A stretch of 64,000 nucleotides of DNA from Alphaproteobacteria bacterium (GTDB taxonomy: Bacteria; Pseudomonadota; Alphaproteobacteria; CALMVH01), in the NCBI GenBank assembly GCA_965199335.1, contig CBDAQZ010000001.1, positions 205,432-269,431 on the forward strand, written 5' to 3'. Below the pieces are notes generated by a model that was given only the letters and a program-made list of their open reading frames with translations, ran no database searches and was not told the DNA's origin. Position 1 is the first letter of the stretch, and the number at the start of each line of letters is the position of its first letter. This document shows, one piece after another, positions 9,780 through 18,823 of this stretch. Position numbers and translations under genes: made by a program.

Positions 9780-12047
9780 ATGGCTTTCATCGGGAATTCG
9801 CCGCCGCGCCATTGCGGAATAGCGACGTTTACATCCGACCTGCAACAGGCCGTGTCTTTGCTGAGCCCGGATACGATGCCGTGCATTGTCGCAATGACCG
9901 ACAATAATCATGCATATGATTACCCGCCTGCCGTCCTGTTCCGGATAAACGATTCCAATCCTGCTGAATATGCTCAGGCCGCGGCGTTTCTGAACGCAAG
10001 TGGCATCGACGTCGTTTGTCTGCAGCACGAATTCGGCATTTTCGGGGGCGAAGCCGGCGATTATATATTGCTGCTCCTGACGCGCCTTACCATGCCGATC
10101 GTGACGACCCTGCACACCGTGCTTGCCGACCCGACGCCAATCCAGCGCAGCGTGCTCAACCGGATCGTGGACCAGTCCAGGACCGTCGTGGTGATGGCCG
10201 AAAAGGGACGCGAGCTTCTGCGCAGCGTATACGGCGTAGCTGACGACAAGATCGAAGTCGTGCCCCACGGCGTTCCCGATTTCCCGTTCGTCGAACCGGA
10301 TGATGCAAAGGCAGAGCTGAATTTCAGCGGCCGGGCAGTCATCCTGACCTTCGGTCTTTTGTCTCCGAACAAAGGCATCGAGGTCATGATCGATGCCATG
10401 CCAGCCATCCTGAAAAGTTGCCCCGATGCCGTCTATGTCGTGCTCGGCGCGACGCACCCAAATCTGATTCGTCATGAAGGCGAGGCCTACCGCGAGAGCC
10501 TGCTGGTCCGCGTGCGCGAACTGGGTGTCGAGGATCACGTGGTTTTCATCGACCAGTTCGTGGAGCAGGCGACGCTTCTACGCTATATTTCCATGTGCGA
10601 TGTCTATGTCACGCCTTATCTGAGCGAGGCGCAAATGACATCGGGTTCGCTGGCCTACAGTTTCGGGCTGGGGCGTGCCGTGGTTTCGACACCGTACTGG
10701 CATGCCCGCGAACTTCTGGCCGATGGACGCGGCGTGCTGGTTCCCTTCCGGGATGTCGCGACCACCGGGAGGGAGGTCTCCGATCTTCTGACGGACGATA
10801 CAAGGCGGCAGGCAATGCGTAAGCGTGCCTACGTGATCAGCCGGGCGATGACGTGGGAGCATACCGCCGAGCGTTACCTGACGATCTTCAAGAACGCCAA
10901 GCGGACCGATCAGAACAAGGTAATCGCCATTGCCGGACTTGCAGCGGCCGGTAGCGAGGCCTTGCCGGAAATGCGGCTCGCCTACTTTACCACCATGTGT
11001 GACGATACCGGATTGTTCCAGCACGCGATCCATTCGGTGCCCGATCGACTGCACGGTTACTGCGTGGACGACAATGCGCGTGCCCTGATGGTCGCCTGCG
11101 CCCTTAACAATCCGGGCGAACAGCCTTTGCCGGAAACCATGACGTCGGTATTTGCCGCCTTCGTGCAGCATGCCTGGAATCCCGACCTTGGACGGTTTCG
11201 CAATTTCATGAGCTTCGACCGCCGCTGGCTGGAGCCCAGCGGTTCGGAAGACAGCCACGGACGCACCCTGTGGGCCCTGGGCGAATGCGCGCGCGCCGAC
11301 GTCAATCCCTCGCGCCGGCGCTGGGCGGCGGCTTTGTTCGCGCAGGCGCTGCCAAGCGTGGAGGCCTTCTCCTCGCCGCGAACATGGGCGTTCACGCTGT
11401 TGGGGCTGGACGCTTACTGCACGGTCGAGAAGAACAATGCCACCGCCGAACGGCTGCGCTATGTCCTGGCCGACAGGCTGACCACCATCCTGTCGGCCGT
11501 CGAGACGATCGACTGGGTCTGGTTCGAGGAGGGACTGGCCTATGACAATGCGCGCCTGCCGCAGGCGCTGATTGCTACCGGTATGGCTTTGGATGAGCCT
11601 GCCTATGTCGAAGCCGGCCTGCGCAGCCTGCGCTGGCTGATGATTCTGCAAACGGCGGTATCGGGAGCGTTCAGGCCGGTCGGCAGCTACAGCTTCGGTG
11701 ATAAAAGATGTCTGCCTCGGCCTTTCGATCAGCAGCCGCTGGAAGCGGCGGCAACGGTTGCCGCTTGCCTTGCTGCCTGGCGCGTGGAGGGCGACGAGGA
11801 ATGGCGGATCGAAGCTGTCCGTTCGTTCGACTGGTTCCTTGGCCGCAACGATCTTTCATCGCCTCTGGTCGATCTTGAAACAGGCAGTTGCTGCGACGGG
11901 CTGCACGCCGATCGGCCCAATGAAAACAGGGGCGGCGAGTCAGTCGTTTCCTATCTTCTTGCTCTTTCGGACATTCGCCAGATGGCGAGGCTTTCCAGCA
12001 GGATGCGCGATATGGGACTTACAGTCAGATACGCACAGGCTCATTGA
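9780..12047 (+). CDS. Glycosyltransferase family 4 fused to a C-terminal (alpha/alpha)-barrel-like domain
   Basis: Start taken at MAFIGNSPPRHCGIATFTSDL, a typical GT4 N-terminus. GT-B core runs to about residue 400 and is followed by about 370 aa rich in W/helix repeats (GYCVDDNARAL..., GRTLWALGEC...). 27 nt upstream of the GH130 gene. Confidence 0.75.
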   Translation: MAFIGNSPPRHCGIATFTSDLQQAVSLLSPDTMPCIVAMTDNNHAYDYPPAVLFRINDSNPAEYAQAAAFLNASGIDVVCLQHEFGIFGGEAGDYILLLLTRLTMPIVTTLHTVLADPTPIQRSVLNRIVDQSRTVVVMAEKGRELLRSVYGVADDKIEVVPHGVPDFPFVEPDDAKAELNFSGRAVILTFGLLSPNKGIEVMIDAMPAILKSCPDAVYVVLGATHPNLIRHEGEAYRESLLVRVRELGVEDHVVFIDQFVEQATLLRYISMCDVYVTPYLSEAQMTSGSLAYSFGLGRAVVSTPYWHARELLADGRGVLVPFRDVATTGREVSDLLTDDTRRQAMRKRAYVISRAMTWEHTAERYLTIFKNAKRTDQNKVIAIAGLAAAGSEALPEMRLAYFTTMCDDTGLFQHAIHSVPDRLHGYCVDDNARALMVACALNNPGEQPLPETMTSVFAAFVQHAWNPDLGRFRNFMSFDRRWLEPSGSEDSHGRTLWALGECARADVNPSRRRWAAALFAQALPSVEAFSSPRTWAFTLLGLDAYCTVEKNNATAERLRYVLADRLTTILSAVETIDWVWFEEGLAYDNARLPQALIATGMALDEPAYVEAGLRSLRWLMILQTAVSGAFRPVGSYSFGDKRCLPRPFDQQPLEAAATVAACLAAWRVEGDEEWRIEAVRSFDWFLGRNDLSSPLVDLETGSCCDGLHADRPNENRGGESVVSYLLALSDIRQMARLSSRMRDMGLTVRYAQAH

Positions 12048-12074
12048 ACTTCAACAAAAACATCTGAGGCTATA

Positions 12075-13376
12075 TTGGCACAAGTTTCATTCCTGAACCG
12101 GCAGGCCCTGTACTTGCGTCCCGATCCTGCACGTGTGGTCGTGCGCCCGTTCAAGCCCGCAACGGAACCGCGCGATCTGAATCCGACGGATAAAAGCCGC
12201 GCGAACAACATCGTCGACCGCGTTCTGGGTCTTGAGGAAGAAGAGGCGGCGAGCCAGCTGGACGACGTGCTGGAAAATTTCGATGGCCGTCATCGCAACC
12301 TGCTGGCGACATTCGAAGAGCGTGCCGATGAGATGGAAGAAGCCTTTACTCCGCATCCGCCGTTCAGCAAGGTGCAGCGCCAGCTTGTAGGCGCGTATTT
12401 CCTGAACGAATATTCCTTCGAAGCCTCGGCTTTGTTCAATCCCAGTATTGTCCCGCACCCGGATCAATCCGACGCGCCGGAAGGCGGCCTGCGCTTTATC
12501 CTAAGCCTGCGTGCGGTGGGCGAGGGACATGTATCCTCCCTGACGTTCCGCGCCGGATCGATCGCCGCGGATGAAAGCGTGACCATCGATCCGACGGCCC
12601 GGCTCGCGTCCGTTCCGCGCGTGAGAAGCCGCGTGCCGCGCCCGGACGGCGATGAGCTGGACGTGATTTTCGAATCCAGCCTCGACATCAGCGAACGGGT
12701 GATCTTCCCGATCACCGACTCCCAGTCGCACGGTATCGAGGATGCGCGCTTCGTCGAATTCGACCACGGCGACCGCAAGACGTTCTACGGCACATATACC
12801 GCCTACAGCGGCGCCGCGATCCGGTCGGAGCTGATCGAGACGGAGGATTTCCTGTCGTTCCGCATGACGCCTCTGACGGGATCGGCCGCGCGCAACAAGG
12901 GCATGGCGCTGTTCCCCCGGAAGATCGATGGGAAGTACGCGATGATCGGGCGGCAGGATAACGAGAACCTCTATCTTATCTATTCCGACGACCTGTATTC
13001 ATGGGACAATGGCGTTCCCTTCCTCAAGCCGAAATACCCGTGGGAGTTCGTGCAGATAGGCAATTGCGGATCGCCGATCGAACTCGACGAAGGCTGGCTC
13101 TTGCTGACCCATGGCGTCGGCCCGGTACGGAAATATTCCATCGGCGCGGTGCTGCTGGACAAGCAGGACCCGACGAGGATCCTGGCGCGCTCACGCGATC
13201 CGTTGGTCCGGCCCGAACAGTCCGAACGCGATGGCTATGTCCCCAACGTCGTCTACACCTGCGGCGCCATACGCCACAACGACCAGATCATCCTGCCCTA
13301 TGCGGTGTCTGACACATTTTCGAACTTCGCGACGATCAAGATCGTCGATCTGCTGAAGGCGATGGAAGGGGCTTGA
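12075..13376 (+). CDS. GH130-family glycoside phosphorylase/hydrolase with about 170-aa N-terminal extension
   Basis: 433 aa. Blocks HGIEDARFVEF, FYGTYTAYSG, NKGMALFPRKIDGKYAM, CGSPIELDEGWLLLTHGVG, YSIGAVLLD and YVPNVVYTCG are typical of the GH130 beta-propeller. Confidence 0.8.
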   Translation: MAQVSFLNRQALYLRPDPARVVVRPFKPATEPRDLNPTDKSRANNIVDRVLGLEEEEAASQLDDVLENFDGRHRNLLATFEERADEMEEAFTPHPPFSKVQRQLVGAYFLNEYSFEASALFNPSIVPHPDQSDAPEGGLRFILSLRAVGEGHVSSLTFRAGSIAADESVTIDPTARLASVPRVRSRVPRPDGDELDVIFESSLDISERVIFPITDSQSHGIEDARFVEFDHGDRKTFYGTYTAYSGAAIRSELIETEDFLSFRMTPLTGSAARNKGMALFPRKIDGKYAMIGRQDNENLYLIYSDDLYSWDNGVPFLKPKYPWEFVQIGNCGSPIELDEGWLLLTHGVGPVRKYSIGAVLLDKQDPTRILARSRDPLVRPEQSERDGYVPNVVYTCGAIRHNDQIILPYAVSDTFSNFATIKIVDLLKAMEGA

Positions 13377-13428
13377 GTTGATGGGAGAGGAGGGGTGTCT
13401 GCTGACAACATTACTGTCTACCCCCTGA

Positions 13429-13602
13429 TCACTCACCCCAGGTGAATTCGATCGGCATCTGGACATCGGGGTGCAGGCTTCTGTGAACCGGGCAGGTATG
13501 TGCCGCGCGTTCCAGGCGTTGCTTCTGATCGTCGCCGAGAAGATGCGGCACATTGATCCTGACCGTCAACTTGCCGATCATCCGGGCCGGCGTCGTTGCC
13601 AT
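13429..13602 (-). pseudogene. Remnant of an OsmC/YhfA-family gene (C-terminal about 57 codons only)
   Basis: Manual translation gives MATTPARMIGKLTVRINVPHLLGDDQKQRLERAAHTCPVHRSLHPDVQMPIEFTWGE*. The AxxxCPV(H/Y)xxL block is the OsmC-family C-terminus. The frame is closed by TAA about 13 codons upstream of the Met, so the N-terminal half is missing. Confidence 0.5.
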
Positions 13603-13692
13603 TTGCTTGTCGACGCTTGCGGTCGCACCTCTTAGTCTATGCTCTTATCTTTTCCCGCTCGCGCAAGGAAGCCCGAACCACCGTCTAAACCG

Positions 13693-13707
13693 TTAATAAC
13701 ATATTAA
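13693..13707. promoter_or_regulatory. Perfect 6-3-6 inverted repeat TTAATA-ACA-TATTAA in the AT-rich region upstream of the kinase gene
   Basis: Read directly from the sequence, about 100 nt upstream of ATG 13810. Candidate operator, no regulator identified. Confidence 0.25.
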
Positions 13708-13809
13708 TATCAATTTACATTTGTACTGTTCAATGCTATGGAGATATTCCTTAGCGTGCCGAGATCCACAAAGCCGATTTATTTATTACGGTCAAAGGGG
13801 CCGTCGTTC

Positions 13810-14889
13810 ATGTCGAAATTCGATATTGAAAGATTTTCCGATCTTCTGCGTCAAGACGCGGGATTATCCATCAATCCCGCTGAATTGCGTTTTCTAAAGG
13901 GGACGGGTCTCAATCACGATCATATCGTTTTGGGTGACAGTGGCTGGCTTGCCAGAATTCCGCGTGGGAACAGCGGTATGAGCAGCCAAGATTACCTGTC
14001 GCAGCAGGAGGCGCTCTACAGCGCCGCCGCGCCCTCGCTGCACACGCCCGAATTGCTGGCAGCCATCGCCCCGGCCGACGATCTGCCCCACGGCGCCCTG
14101 ATCGTCCAGCGCATAGAGTATGTGCGCAAGGCGGATTTCGGCAGGGACTACAGGGCCATCGCTGCATCGCTGGCTGCAATCCATGCGACCGAGCCGCCGC
14201 CAGCGCTGCTACCAGGGCCAACCGCGCCGGGAGAGTCGCAGCGAGGCTTTATCGAGGCCATGCTGGTGCCTTCACTTGACAGTGCGGAGCTGAATCCTCG
14301 TTCGCGTGCGTTGCTGAACAATGCGCTCGATCAATGTTATGACGATCTCTCCCGAATGGCACGTTCCACGGCATTGCCGACAGGCTTTATCGCCTCCGAC
14401 ACTCATCCCGGCAATTTCCTGATAGATCGACAAGGCAAGGCGTGGATGCCCGATCTTGAATATGCGACGGTCGATTGCCCATTGGTCGACACCGCCATGG
14501 CCGTCTGTCCACTGGCGCGGCAGTTCGATCCTGACAGCAACCCATCGGCGCCTGTCGGCACAGGGCAGAAATTCTTTGCCGCATGGCTGGATCTGTACAG
14601 CCAGGATCATCACGATGCCGCGCGCCGCGCGCTGATCGACATGCGGCCGGCGATGGGCCGGGTGGCGTTGGTCGGATCGCTGGGCTGGCTGGCGTTTTGG
14701 CAAACGCAGGGGCAAGCGACGATGACGGATGTGCCAACGCCTACGGCCAATAACTGGAGCCGCATGGTCAGCGACTATCTGGAGCCCGAAGCGCTTGGCA
14801 CGACGTTGCGCCAGAACGGGTTCGGTGCCTCGGCTCTGAAGCATTTCAACCGGAACGTCGGCTTCCAGCCTGGCGCCCCGGCGATCTGA
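13810..14889 (+). CDS. Aminoglycoside/choline-kinase-like (APH fold) phosphotransferase
   Basis: Start at MSKFDIERF. Catalytic-loop-like FIASDTHPGNFLIDRQG and Mg-binding MPDLEYA blocks. Confidence 0.6.
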   Translation: MSKFDIERFSDLLRQDAGLSINPAELRFLKGTGLNHDHIVLGDSGWLARIPRGNSGMSSQDYLSQQEALYSAAAPSLHTPELLAAIAPADDLPHGALIVQRIEYVRKADFGRDYRAIAASLAAIHATEPPPALLPGPTAPGESQRGFIEAMLVPSLDSAELNPRSRALLNNALDQCYDDLSRMARSTALPTGFIASDTHPGNFLIDRQGKAWMPDLEYATVDCPLVDTAMAVCPLARQFDPDSNPSAPVGTGQKFFAAWLDLYSQDHHDAARRALIDMRPAMGRVALVGSLGWLAFWQTQGQATMTDVPTPTANNWSRMVSDYLEPEALGTTLRQNGFGASALKHFNRNVGFQPGAPAI

Positions 14890-14899
14890 CCCAGACAGC

Positions 14900-15475
14900 G
14901 TGCGCAGATTCCTCTTCATGCGCCATGGTGAGTCGACCGCGAATGTCGAGGGAATCTGCGCGGGTGGCGAAACCGTGCATCCCCTGACGGACGCAGGCCG
15001 TGCGCAGGCGACAGAGGCTGGAAAGATCTTGCGCCTGAGCGGCATGACCCTCGATCATATCGTTCACAGCCGCCAGGCACGGGCGGCCGAGACAGCCGAG
15101 TTGGTCGGCAAGGCCCTGGCGATCGGCCCGGAAAGAATCCTGGGAAATCCGGATTGGCGCGAACGCGGCTTTGGTGAATGGGAGGGCGTTCCTTTTCTGG
15201 ACATCTACCCTCACCTGGAAGCCTGGATCGACCCACCGGGCGGAGAGTCGCTGCAGGCGCTTTTCGCAAGGGTCACCGCAGCACTGGCAGCCCTACCGCG
15301 CGGCCTCAACCTGATCGTCAGCCATGGCGGCCTATGGCACGTGCTCAACAAAATGCACGGCGTGTCGCAGGCGGCTCACATCGGCAATGCGGATATTTTT
15401 GCGGTCACCATTGATGGCGATGCATCTCCTTCAATTCTTACGGAGCGCATCGTCGGGAAAGTGCAGCTGCCTTAA
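14900..15475 (+). CDS. Histidine phosphatase (phosphoglycerate mutase-like) family protein
   Basis: 191 aa. N-terminal FLFMRHGES (RHG catalytic motif), downstream SHGG. 10 nt after the kinase gene. Confidence 0.85.
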   Translation: MRRFLFMRHGESTANVEGICAGGETVHPLTDAGRAQATEAGKILRLSGMTLDHIVHSRQARAAETAELVGKALAIGPERILGNPDWRERGFGEWEGVPFLDIYPHLEAWIDPPGGESLQALFARVTAALAALPRGLNLIVSHGGLWHVLNKMHGVSQAAHIGNADIFAVTIDGDASPSILTERIVGKVQLP

Positions 15476-15599
15476 ACGGCTTGCTCAGCCACGAGTACGT
15501 TTAGATCGTTCGCGGCACCAGCCTGCACATGGCGCCATTTCAGGAAAACAAACAAATGGCCCGTCCTCGGAGACGCAAGCCTATAAGCATGGCTTCCCT

Positions 15600-16043
15600 T
15601 TATGCACCTTCGACGTCTAAGGCGAATTCGATGTTGCCGCGTGTCGCATGGCTGTAGGGGCAAACTTTCTCATGCGTTTCCTGCACAAGCGCTTGCGCTT
15701 CCGTGGTCGGTAAGGTCGGTACCTTGACATGCATCTTCACCGCGATGCCAAATCCGCCGCCTTCGCGGGGGCCGACCGACACATCACAGGTCACGACAGA
15801 GCCCGATACGTCTTTCTTGTGCTGGCTTGCGACGAATTCCAATGCGCCACCGAAGCACGCCGCATAGCCGGCGGCGAACAGATGTTCCGGCGTGGTGGTA
15901 TCGGGAAGGCCGGGACCACCCATTTCCTTGCGCACCGACAGATTGACGCTGACCGAGTGATCGGTCGTTTCCGAATGACCGTTGCGGCCCCCGGTATTGA
16001 CGGCCGTCGCGGTTACGAGCGGCTTGATGGTATATACTGACAT
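15600..16043 (-). CDS. ohr: Organic hydroperoxide resistance protein
   Basis: 147 aa. Two conserved Cys contexts (AAGYAACFGGA and KVCPYSHATRGNI) and Ohr-type length. Confidence 0.9.
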   Translation of the reverse strand: MSVYTIKPLVTATAVNTGGRNGHSETTDHSVSVNLSVRKEMGGPGLPDTTTPEHLFAAGYAACFGGALEFVASQHKKDVSGSVVTCDVSVGPREGGGFGIAVKMHVKVPTLPTTEAQALVQETHEKVCPYSHATRGNIEFALDVEGA

Positions 16044-16078
16044 CGTGATGGATCTCCGTGATTTAATGACCTGATATG

Positions 16079-16096
16079 TTGTTATTTAACAATAAC
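16079..16096. promoter_or_regulatory. AT-rich overlapping palindromes (TTGTTA-TT-TAACAA and GTTATT-TAAC-AATAAC) upstream of ohr; OhrR-box-like
   Basis: Perfect inverted repeats 36-53 nt upstream of the ohr ATG. They resemble the AT-rich ACAAT/ATTGT operators described for OhrR. Confidence 0.35.
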
Positions 16097-16219
16097 GGTC
16101 AAGGCCGCATAGACGTATGTTCTATATAAGTTTATGCTTTTCTTCATGTTCGTAACCCGGCAAGAATATAGGCTCGCGCGGCGGCGTTGCCCGCACCACT
16201 CAATCAAGGAGCAGTTTGG

Positions 16220-16666
16220 ATGAACGTGATCGAACCAACGACCCCCGAAGGGCAGCCAATATTCATTCGCATGCGCAGCGACTCTCGCCCCAAAGTTGCG
16301 CGCGAACGCGATACGGCGGTGATGCGCTCACGCGACTTCATCACGATGATGAAGATCATCGCCGCGCACGATCTGTGGGATGAGCTGGAAGCGCAGGCAG
16401 CTGCGCAGGGCTGCACGAATTTCCGCATTGGTGCGCAGCCGATGCGGATTGCCAGCGCGGTGCTGCGGCACAAGATCGAGCAAGGAGAGCTACCGATCGA
16501 CACGCCCGGCCTGTTTGCTTGTTCTTCGCTAGGCGGTGGCAGTGACGGTGGCGACGCCGCTGGCAAAGCTGGCGCAGCCGGTGGAGCCGTTGAGAGTGCC
16601 AAGAAAAAACCCGGTGATGTCCTGGAGCCAGGCGATTCGGAGGGCAGCAAGGACAAGCCTCAATGA
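16220..16666 (+). CDS. Hypothetical protein with Gly/Ala/Asp-rich C-terminal tail
   Basis: ATG 16220 preceded by AAGGAG. 148 aa. No family recognised. Confidence 0.45.
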   Translation: MNVIEPTTPEGQPIFIRMRSDSRPKVARERDTAVMRSRDFITMMKIIAAHDLWDELEAQAAAQGCTNFRIGAQPMRIASAVLRHKIEQGELPIDTPGLFACSSLGGGSDGGDAAGKAGAAGGAVESAKKKPGDVLEPGDSEGSKDKPQ

Positions 16667-16795
16667 ACGTATGGCGTAACCCCCCCCCGATAACCAACCG
16701 GCGGAGCCTGCTGAGGCGGTCTCCGTCCCTTCCTTACGGGCGCAACTGCGTAACGGCCAAAGCTATCTAAGCAATTTATATTAATAGGAAATTCG

Positions 16796-16886
16796 TGGCG
16801 GAGGGGATGAGATTCGAACTCACGATACGGTATTAGCGTATACCCGCTTTCCAGGCGAGCGCCTTCAACCACTCGGCCACCCCTCC
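16796..16886 (-). tRNA. tRNA-Ser (anticodon GGA), CCA encoded
   Basis: The reverse complement folds as a cloverleaf. Acceptor GGAGGGG/CCCCTCC, anticodon stem CTCGC/GCGGG with loop CUGGAAA, long variable arm, T-arm GTGAG-TTCGAAT-CTCAT, discriminator G plus CCA. Confidence 0.9.
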
Positions 16887-16901
16887 GCAAGACGATGGAC
16901 T

Positions 16902-17765
16902 TTAGCGGGGGTTGCCGACTACCTCAAGAACCTTGTCCAGGGATTTATGCCAATCGGGCTGGGAAATGCCGAATCTTGTCTGGATCTTGTTGCAGTCCAG
17001 TACCGAATAGGGGGGGCGGCGGGCAGGAGTCGGATAGTCGGCGGTGCCGATCCGGGTCAGTTTCGGCTTCTCCCGACCGGCAAAGATGGCGGCGGCGAAA
17101 TCGAACCAGGTCGTGGCCGGCGCGCCTGAGAAATGATACGTGCCCCAGCCGTCGAAGCTGGAATTGTCCGCCACCCGAATCATCCGCAGCATGGCGGCGG
17201 CGATATCCTCGGCCGAGGTCGGGCCTCCCTGCTGGTCGCCGACGATTTTCAGCTCGTCGCGCTCCGCTCCAAGCTTCAGCATGGTCAGGACGAAGTTCTT
17301 GCCTTCGGCGTCGTAGACCCAGGCGGTGCGCAGGATCAGGTGCTTGTCCCATGCGGCGCGTACGGCCGCCTCGCCATCGGCCTTGCTGCGCCCGTATAGA
17401 TTCAGCGGGGCGATCGGGTCGTCCTCGCGCCACGGCCTGCCGACCGGTTCGCCGAAAACGTAGTCGGTCGAAATGTGCAGCAACGGTACGTCCTGCAACT
17501 TGCAGGCTTCCGCCATGATACCCGGCGCGACGGCATTGACGGCAAAGGCCGCTTCCTGCTCGTTCTCCGCCTTGTCGACGGCGGTGAAGGCGGCGCAGTT
17601 GATGACGAACCCTGCATCCCCGACCGCGCGCACGACTTCGTCCTTGTTGTTCAAGTCGACATCCTGACGGGTCAGGGCGATGGTTTCATGGCCGTGGGAT
17701 TCGGCGAGCCTGGTTACGGCGCGCCCGACCTGCCCGGCGGCCCCGAAGATGACGATCTGTTTCAT
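16902..17765 (-). CDS. rmlD: dTDP-4-dehydrorhamnose reductase
   Basis: Start MKQIVIFGAAGQVG (Rossmann). STDYVF and YGRSK catalytic motifs. ATGA overlap with the upstream stop. The 528-aa track ORF is an over-extension. Confidence 0.9.
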   Translation of the reverse strand: MKQIVIFGAAGQVGRAVTRLAESHGHETIALTRQDVDLNNKDEVVRAVGDAGFVINCAAFTAVDKAENEQEAAFAVNAVAPGIMAEACKLQDVPLLHISTDYVFGEPVGRPWREDDPIAPLNLYGRSKADGEAAVRAAWDKHLILRTAWVYDAEGKNFVLTMLKLGAERDELKIVGDQQGGPTSAEDIAAAMLRMIRVADNSSFDGWGTYHFSGAPATTWFDFAAAIFAGREKPKLTRIGTADYPTPARRPPYSVLDCNKIQTRFGISQPDWHKSLDKVLEVVGNPR

Positions 17766-18823
17766 GGCTGGCCTCCACCGGCGGATTGATTTGCGGATAA
17801 ACGTTTCGCATGCAGCCTTGGTTTCAGTCGCAGCGCAGGATATTCGACCAGTTCCCATGTTGCCCAGGCAAGGAGCGTAGAGACAAGCGCGGATAATGCC
17901 AGTATCTGCGACAGGGGCAGACGTGGATGGAAGAAATGCCACAGCGTCTGCTGCACCGGAAAGGCGTACAGATAGATACCATAGGACAGATCGCCGATCT
18001 GCCACGGCACGCGGAACAGGCGGTCCGATTGCGTGGCGAAGGAAATCGTGATGTACGGGATCGCCACCCACGACCATGCGGTCAGGTAGCGCGAACCGAC
18101 AAGGGCCAGCGTGATCGCCATGATGGCAACGCTGCGCGCCAGCGTGAACTCCAGGCGAGGCCGGAACAGGCAGATCACGACCGAAACCCAGAAATAGGGG
18201 GCGAAGGTCAGCACCTGATGCAGTTCCAGCGGACCCAGCCGCAGCGGCTCGGGATAATGGCGGCCATAATATATCGTGCCTGCACACAGGGCGGTGGCGA
18301 AAACGAATACGCTGGTCGGCGAATTCAGAAGCCGCGTGGTGCCCAGGATCATGAGGGTCAGATACATCAGCATGCCGATCGGCAGCGTCCACAGCGATCC
18401 GTTGACGACGCCCGCCATCGGCGCTGACTCGAATACGCCGGGCAGATAATAATCCGGCAGCAGCGCGATGTTCTGCAGGTAAAGCCACGTATCGTTGCGA
18501 TTGAAATAATCGGTGGGGGCCAGTGTACCGAGCAACGGCCCCAGCGCGACGACCGATAGCGCGCTTACGACGGCCAGGGTAGGGAACACGCGCAGGAAGC
18601 GGCGGATGGCGAAGTGCACTACATGCGGGTCGGATATCCAGCTTTGCGTCACCAGATAACCGCTGAGGCTGAAGAACAACGCGACGCCGATGCCGGTAAA
18701 CGAGAACGAGCCGATGACCGGTTCGGCTTGGCCCGCGATTATGTACATGTGGCCGCCCAGTATCAGGAAGGCCGCTACCAGGCGCACGAAGTTGAAGCAG
18801 TCGGCGTTCTTGGTGTCGGTCAC
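17762..18823 (-). CDS. Membrane acyltransferase family 3 (OafA/YrhL-like O-acetyltransferase)
   Basis: 353 aa with about 10 hydrophobic helices. N-terminal FNFVRLVAAFLILGGH motif. GTG start overlapping the upstream stop (GTGA). Confidence 0.8.
   Translation of the reverse strand: MTDTKNADCFNFVRLVAAFLILGGHMYIIAGQAEPVIGSFSFTGIGVALFFSLSGYLVTQSWISDPHVVHFAIRRFLRVFPTLAVVSALSVVALGPLLGTLAPTDYFNRNDTWLYLQNIALLPDYYLPGVFESAPMAGVVNGSLWTLPIGMLMYLTLMILGTTRLLNSPTSVFVFATALCAGTIYYGRHYPEPLRLGPLELHQVLTFAPYFWVSVVICLFRPRLEFTLARSVAIMAITLALVGSRYLTAWSWVAIPYITISFATQSDRLFRVPWQIGDLSYGIYLYAFPVQQTLWHFFHPRLPLSQILALSALVSTLLAWATWELVEYPALRLKPRLHAKRLSANQSAGGGQP

Noticed and set aside
15529-15538. 10-nt perfect palindrome ATGGCGCCAT between the convergent phosphatase and ohr genes.
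   Set aside because: It is too short and has no flanking U-tract. It is expected by chance in GC-rich DNA.
13400-16886. Possible genomic island integrated at the 3' end of tRNA-Ser(GGA). Supporting observations were AT-rich patches, a gene remnant and a C9 homopolymer at 16680-16688.
   Set aside because: There is no integrase, and I could find no direct repeat of the tRNA 3' end by eye. At most it is an old, decayed insertion. A proper repeat search and comparative genomics would be needed.
16902-18488. 528-aa ORF, and likewise 20740-22473 (577 aa), which suggest giant fusion proteins in the rml cluster.
   Set aside because: The recognisable RmlD and RmlB sequences begin at internal Met codons (17765, 21798) with Rossmann N-termini and overlap-coupled upstream stops. 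The N-terminal extensions are out-of-frame readings of the neighbouring genes.
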